Positions 59,350-64,000 of a DNA stretch of 64,000 bases are shown here, piece by piece. Under the pieces are notes generated by a model. The model was not told the origin of the DNA. It ran no database searches and saw only the letters and a list, made by a program, of their open reading frames with translations. The stretch lies in contig CBDBDQ010000005.1 of assembly GCA_965203905.1 (NCBI GenBank), positions 6,016,001 to 6,080,000 of the forward strand, read 5' to 3'. The DNA is from Spirochaetia bacterium (lineage in GTDB: Bacteria; Spirochaetota; Spirochaetia; SZUA-6; Bin103). Made by a program: the position numbers and the translations under genes. Position 1 is the first letter of the stretch; each line of letters starts with the position of its first letter.

Positions 59350-60465
59350 CTACAGTCCGGGACCGCGCCCGCTGACCGGCCACAGGTCCACCACCACCTC
59401 GCCGCGGATGCACACCAGCCAGTCGTGCAGGTTCACGGTTGGGTCGCAGTGCGGCGGGATCAGGCGCAGCTTGGCGCCGATTTCCGGCACCCGCTCCGCC
59501 CCGGTTGCGTCCACCTTCGAGTGCTCGTCCGACGCGCCCTGCACGACCAGCCCCTCCCAGCCGCTTCCGGCCGGCGCCGCCACCCGTGGCACGCCGCTCT
59601 CGGCGCTGTACCCCTTGAGGCCGGCGTCCAGGATCACCGCCTCGGGGCGCGGCGCGCTCATCACCTGGCTCCACAGGAACAGGCTGTGCTCGAAGCCGAC
59701 GTCGCAGTCGCCGTAGCCCACGTCCATCACCACGTAGGAGCCGGCCTGGATCTCGGTGAATGCGCCACCCTCGGCGTCGTAGCGGCAGGTGCCGCTGCCG
59801 CTGCCCGATACCGTGGGGCACTCCAGGCCGGCCGCGGCCAGCGCCGCCACGGTCTGGTTCACGATCGCGGCCACCTCCTGCGCCGCCTGCCGGCGCTGCT
59901 CCGGCCGCTCCAGGTGCTGGGCCGATCCGTGGTACGCCTGCAGCCCCTGGAAACGCAGGTTGGGCGCCGCGTCCACCTTCCTGGCCAGCTCCACCGTCGG
60001 CGCACCGGGTTCCACGCCGCAGCGCCCCATGCCCACCTCGATCTCCACCAGCACCGCCAGCTCCACCCCGGCGGCCGTGGCCGCGGCGCTCAGCTCCGCC
60101 ACGTTGCGCGCCTGGTCCACGCACACCCCGATCCGGGCCCGGCGCGCCAGCGCCGCCAGCCGTCGCTGCTTGGCCGGATCCACCACCTGGTTCGACAGCA
60201 GCACGTCGCTCACCCCGCCGTCGACCAGCGCCACCGCCTCGTTCACCTTCTGGCAGCACACGCCGACGGCACCGTGGGCGATCTGCAGCCGCGCCAGGTT
60301 GGGACACTTGTGGCTCTTGGCGTGGGGCCGCGGCACGGCCCGCGTGCCGGCGGTCATCTCCTGCAGCTTGACGATGTTGCGCTCGGCGACGTCCAGGTCC
60401 AACAGCAACGCCGGCGTCTCCACTTCAGCTACGGCGTCGCCGATGCGCGCCGGTGGGTAGCTCAT
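59350..60465 (-). CDS. DSD1-family PLP enzyme (D-threonine / 3-hydroxy-D-aspartate aldolase-like)
   Basis: TPALLLD, RPHAKSHK, RCGV, SDEH, HCDPTVNLHD. Confidence 0.88.
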   Translation of the reverse strand: MSYPPARIGDAVAEVETPALLLDLDVAERNIVKLQEMTAGTRAVPRPHAKSHKCPNLARLQIAHGAVGVCCQKVNEAVALVDGGVSDVLLSNQVVDPAKQRRLAALARRARIGVCVDQARNVAELSAAATAAGVELAVLVEIEVGMGRCGVEPGAPTVELARKVDAAPNLRFQGLQAYHGSAQHLERPEQRRQAAQEVAAIVNQTVAALAAAGLECPTVSGSGSGTCRYDAEGGAFTEIQAGSYVVMDVGYGDCDVGFEHSLFLWSQVMSAPRPEAVILDAGLKGYSAESGVPRVAAPAGSGWEGLVVQGASDEHSKVDATGAERVPEIGAKLRLIPPHCDPTVNLHDWLVCIRGEVVVDLWPVSGRGPGL

Positions 60466-60539
60466 CACAACCCGAGTATAGCAGCCGGCGGCAGTTGGAG
60501 CGCCAACGTGGCCCTGGTGCCCCCTTCGTGTCTATTCCG

Positions 60540-62312
60540 CTACACCACTGTGTCGCAATACACCATCTCCCAGCCGTGGAACACCACCGCCAGGCCCGTG
60601 AACCGCACCACCGGGAACTGCCGCGCCAGGCGCTCGTCCGCCAGGTAGCGCTCCAACTGAGCGCTCGCCGCGGCGGCCACCGCCGCCACTCGTCCCGGCT
60701 CCACCGACTCGCTCCGGCTCAGGTACTTGAGCTCGATCAGATAGCCGCGCCGCAGGTGCGGATAGCGCGCCACCAGCGGCTCCAGGGCAATGTCCGCGTG
60801 CCCCTTTCCCAGCTCCGCCTCCGAGCGGAACACGTAGTAGTCTGCGACGCTCAAGTAGGCGGCCAGGAATCCCAGCGCCCCGGCACGGGGCGCCATGACC
60901 TTCTCCCCGCCGATGTAATCCCGTATCCCCGTCTGCGCCGCGATCGCCTCGCTCAGGTACTCCAGCACCGGCCGCCACTCGCCCTCGTTGGCCATCCGCA
61001 GCATCAGTTGCTGGAACCGGTGCAAGTTGACCCTGAACACCCCCACGTCCTTGTAGCCGTCGCGCAGGTAGCCGTACATCAGCCGCTTCACCGTCTGATT
61101 CGGGATCGCCAGCGTCGGCGTCACCCCCTGCACCTCGCGGATGCTCAGCAGCCCGAAGTAGTGCAGCAGCGACAGGAAGTTCTGCGGCTCGGCGATCTCG
61201 TGCTGCGGAAAGCCGGGCTGGATGTCGCTGTCCACCCGCTCCTCACCGATGACGTCGCGCAGCAGGTCGAAGTTGCCGTTGAGCTGCCGCCCCACCACCA
61301 GCAGGTGGCGCAGCTTGCCGTAGTCGATGCGCACGTTGGTGTCGATCAGGTACTTCGGCACGCGTCGGTTCGGGATCGATTGGTCCAGGTAGTAGAGCAC
61401 CATGTCGGTGTTGTAGAGATCGGTCTCGGCCTCTTCCGCGAACCGGTAGCCGTTGTACCACTCGCCCATGATGCCCATGGCGGTGTCGACGCCCTGATTG
61501 AACACGCCGCAATCCCGGTACGTCTCGACCAGGCGCCGCACCTCCGGCTCGGTGAAGCCGACCATCTCGTTGAAGTCGGGGTGCAGGCTGATGTTCTTGC
61601 CGATGTTGAAGCCGCTGGTGACGTCGTCCATGGTCACCGGCGACACCCCGGTGATGAACAGGCGATCGATGCCGCCCCCGGTGCGGTCGGTACCGCCCTT
61701 GAGAGTGGCGAAAAAGTTGCGGTAGAAGCCGCCACCGTGGGTGAACGAGTGATACGCTTCCGCACCGTGGTGCGCCAGCACCGTGTTGGCGAAGTTGTCG
61801 TACTCGTCGATCAGGACGTACAGCGGAATGTCATGGTCGCCCGTATACCGGAACAACTCGGCTAGCTTGGTGGCGATGGACGGCGGCGCCAGGATGTCCT
61901 GCACCGCCGCTTCGGGGAACAGATCGGGATGCCGCCGCAGCGTCCCCCGGAGCTCTATGAAGCAGTAGGTCTCGAACTCCCGCTCCAGGGTTTGCAGCTT
62001 GTCATCGACCATCGAGAAGTTGAAGCGCAGGGTGACGTAGCGGCTCTGTTCCCCAGTCGGCTGGTGCCCGATCTCGGTGCCGGCGAAGGTAGCGTCGAAG
62101 TCATCCGCCCAGAAGCGGTCGTAGTAGTTCTCCAGCAGCGACACCCACAGGGTCTTGCCGAAGCGGCGCGGGCGGATCAGAAACGCGTAGCGCTCCTCCT
62201 CCAGGCGCCGCAGGAAGCGGGTCTTGTCGACGTACAGCCAGCGGTTCAGGCGGATGCGCTGGAAGTCGGCCTCGCCGTAAGGAATGCGCGGGTGAGCGGG
62301 CACCGTGTCCAT
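60540..62312 (-). CDS. AAA-ATPase-like protein with C-terminal PD-(D/E)XK nuclease
   Basis: YVDKT, RPRRFGKT, IDEYD, FITGV, WYNGY, GHADI...IELK. Confidence 0.9.
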   Translation of the reverse strand: MDTVPAHPRIPYGEADFQRIRLNRWLYVDKTRFLRRLEEERYAFLIRPRRFGKTLWVSLLENYYDRFWADDFDATFAGTEIGHQPTGEQSRYVTLRFNFSMVDDKLQTLEREFETYCFIELRGTLRRHPDLFPEAAVQDILAPPSIATKLAELFRYTGDHDIPLYVLIDEYDNFANTVLAHHGAEAYHSFTHGGGFYRNFFATLKGGTDRTGGGIDRLFITGVSPVTMDDVTSGFNIGKNISLHPDFNEMVGFTEPEVRRLVETYRDCGVFNQGVDTAMGIMGEWYNGYRFAEEAETDLYNTDMVLYYLDQSIPNRRVPKYLIDTNVRIDYGKLRHLLVVGRQLNGNFDLLRDVIGEERVDSDIQPGFPQHEIAEPQNFLSLLHYFGLLSIREVQGVTPTLAIPNQTVKRLMYGYLRDGYKDVGVFRVNLHRFQQLMLRMANEGEWRPVLEYLSEAIAAQTGIRDYIGGEKVMAPRAGALGFLAAYLSVADYYVFRSEAELGKGHADIALEPLVARYPHLRRGYLIELKYLSRSESVEPGRVAAVAAAASAQLERYLADERLARQFPVVRFTGLAVVFHGWEMVYCDTVV

Positions 62313-62616
62313 TGCCGTGTCGATTGCCGGGCAGTTACCGTGCGTGACTGGTCCGAAAATGGCGGCCACCGCGGCTTGCCCTTCCGTGTCACGGAGTGAC
62401 CGTACTGACTCTATCGCTTTCGCGCCGACCCCTCAACGCTCGTTCGAGCTCGCTCGCACCTGCGATCCCGGGAGCGCTGGCGGTCACGCAGTGCGCCACC
62501 GGTTCGCTGCGGCGCGAACCGCCCGGCTGTCGGTCAGGTCCGGTGGCGAATTGGCGTTCAGTGCGCGGTCCTGCGCGCGTCGCACTCGCTCGTCGACCAC
62601 GCGAGGGTGGCCTGAT

Positions 62617-64000
<1,384 letters not shown>

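Noticed and set aside
62400-62610. Structured RNA or riboswitch upstream of the serine hydrolase
   Set aside because: Stems are present but expected at this GC content; no known riboswitch consensus recognised

Overview
High-GC bacterial chromosomal window; gene content (ABC transporters, three PhyH dioxygenases, many TA modules, Uma2 and AAA/PD-(D/E)XK genes, a sulfatase) resembles marine sponge-associated symbionts, possibly Spirochaetota, which is inference only. Layout: (1) 1-9.7 kb, a peptide/nickel-type ABC transporter interleaved with about eight intact, frameshifted or truncated toxin-antitoxin modules, an ISAzo13 remnant and a partial permease duplicate; (2) 9.7-19 kb, a sugar ABC operon with PhyH and a deleted GH127, SDR, Uma2, PhyH; (3) 19.4-24.4 kb, a lower-GC defence operon: AbiEi-like regulator, nucleotidyltransferase and a PHP-ABC-ATPase (Ppl/TrlF-like) broken by one amber codon; (4) acoABC, gluconolactonase, aldose epimerase; (5) a low-GC ParA-like ATPase + HEPN pair; (6) a low-GC three-gene cassette of unknown function (TIGR04255-like protein, small partner, possible ART-like toxin) bracketed by a 45-bp duplication of the 3' end of the neighbouring GH2 gene, with no integrase, which is the best novel-system candidate; (7) a 22-kb minus-strand glycan-utilisation locus with an orphan 1103-aa protein; (8) SDR, PLP aldolase, an AAA-nuclease carrying an in-frame palindrome, serine hydrolase, partial sulfatase. 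No rRNA, tRNA or CRISPR array was seen. Several single-base frameshifts in short homopolymers may be sequencing errors. All family calls come from motif recognition by eye, not database searches.
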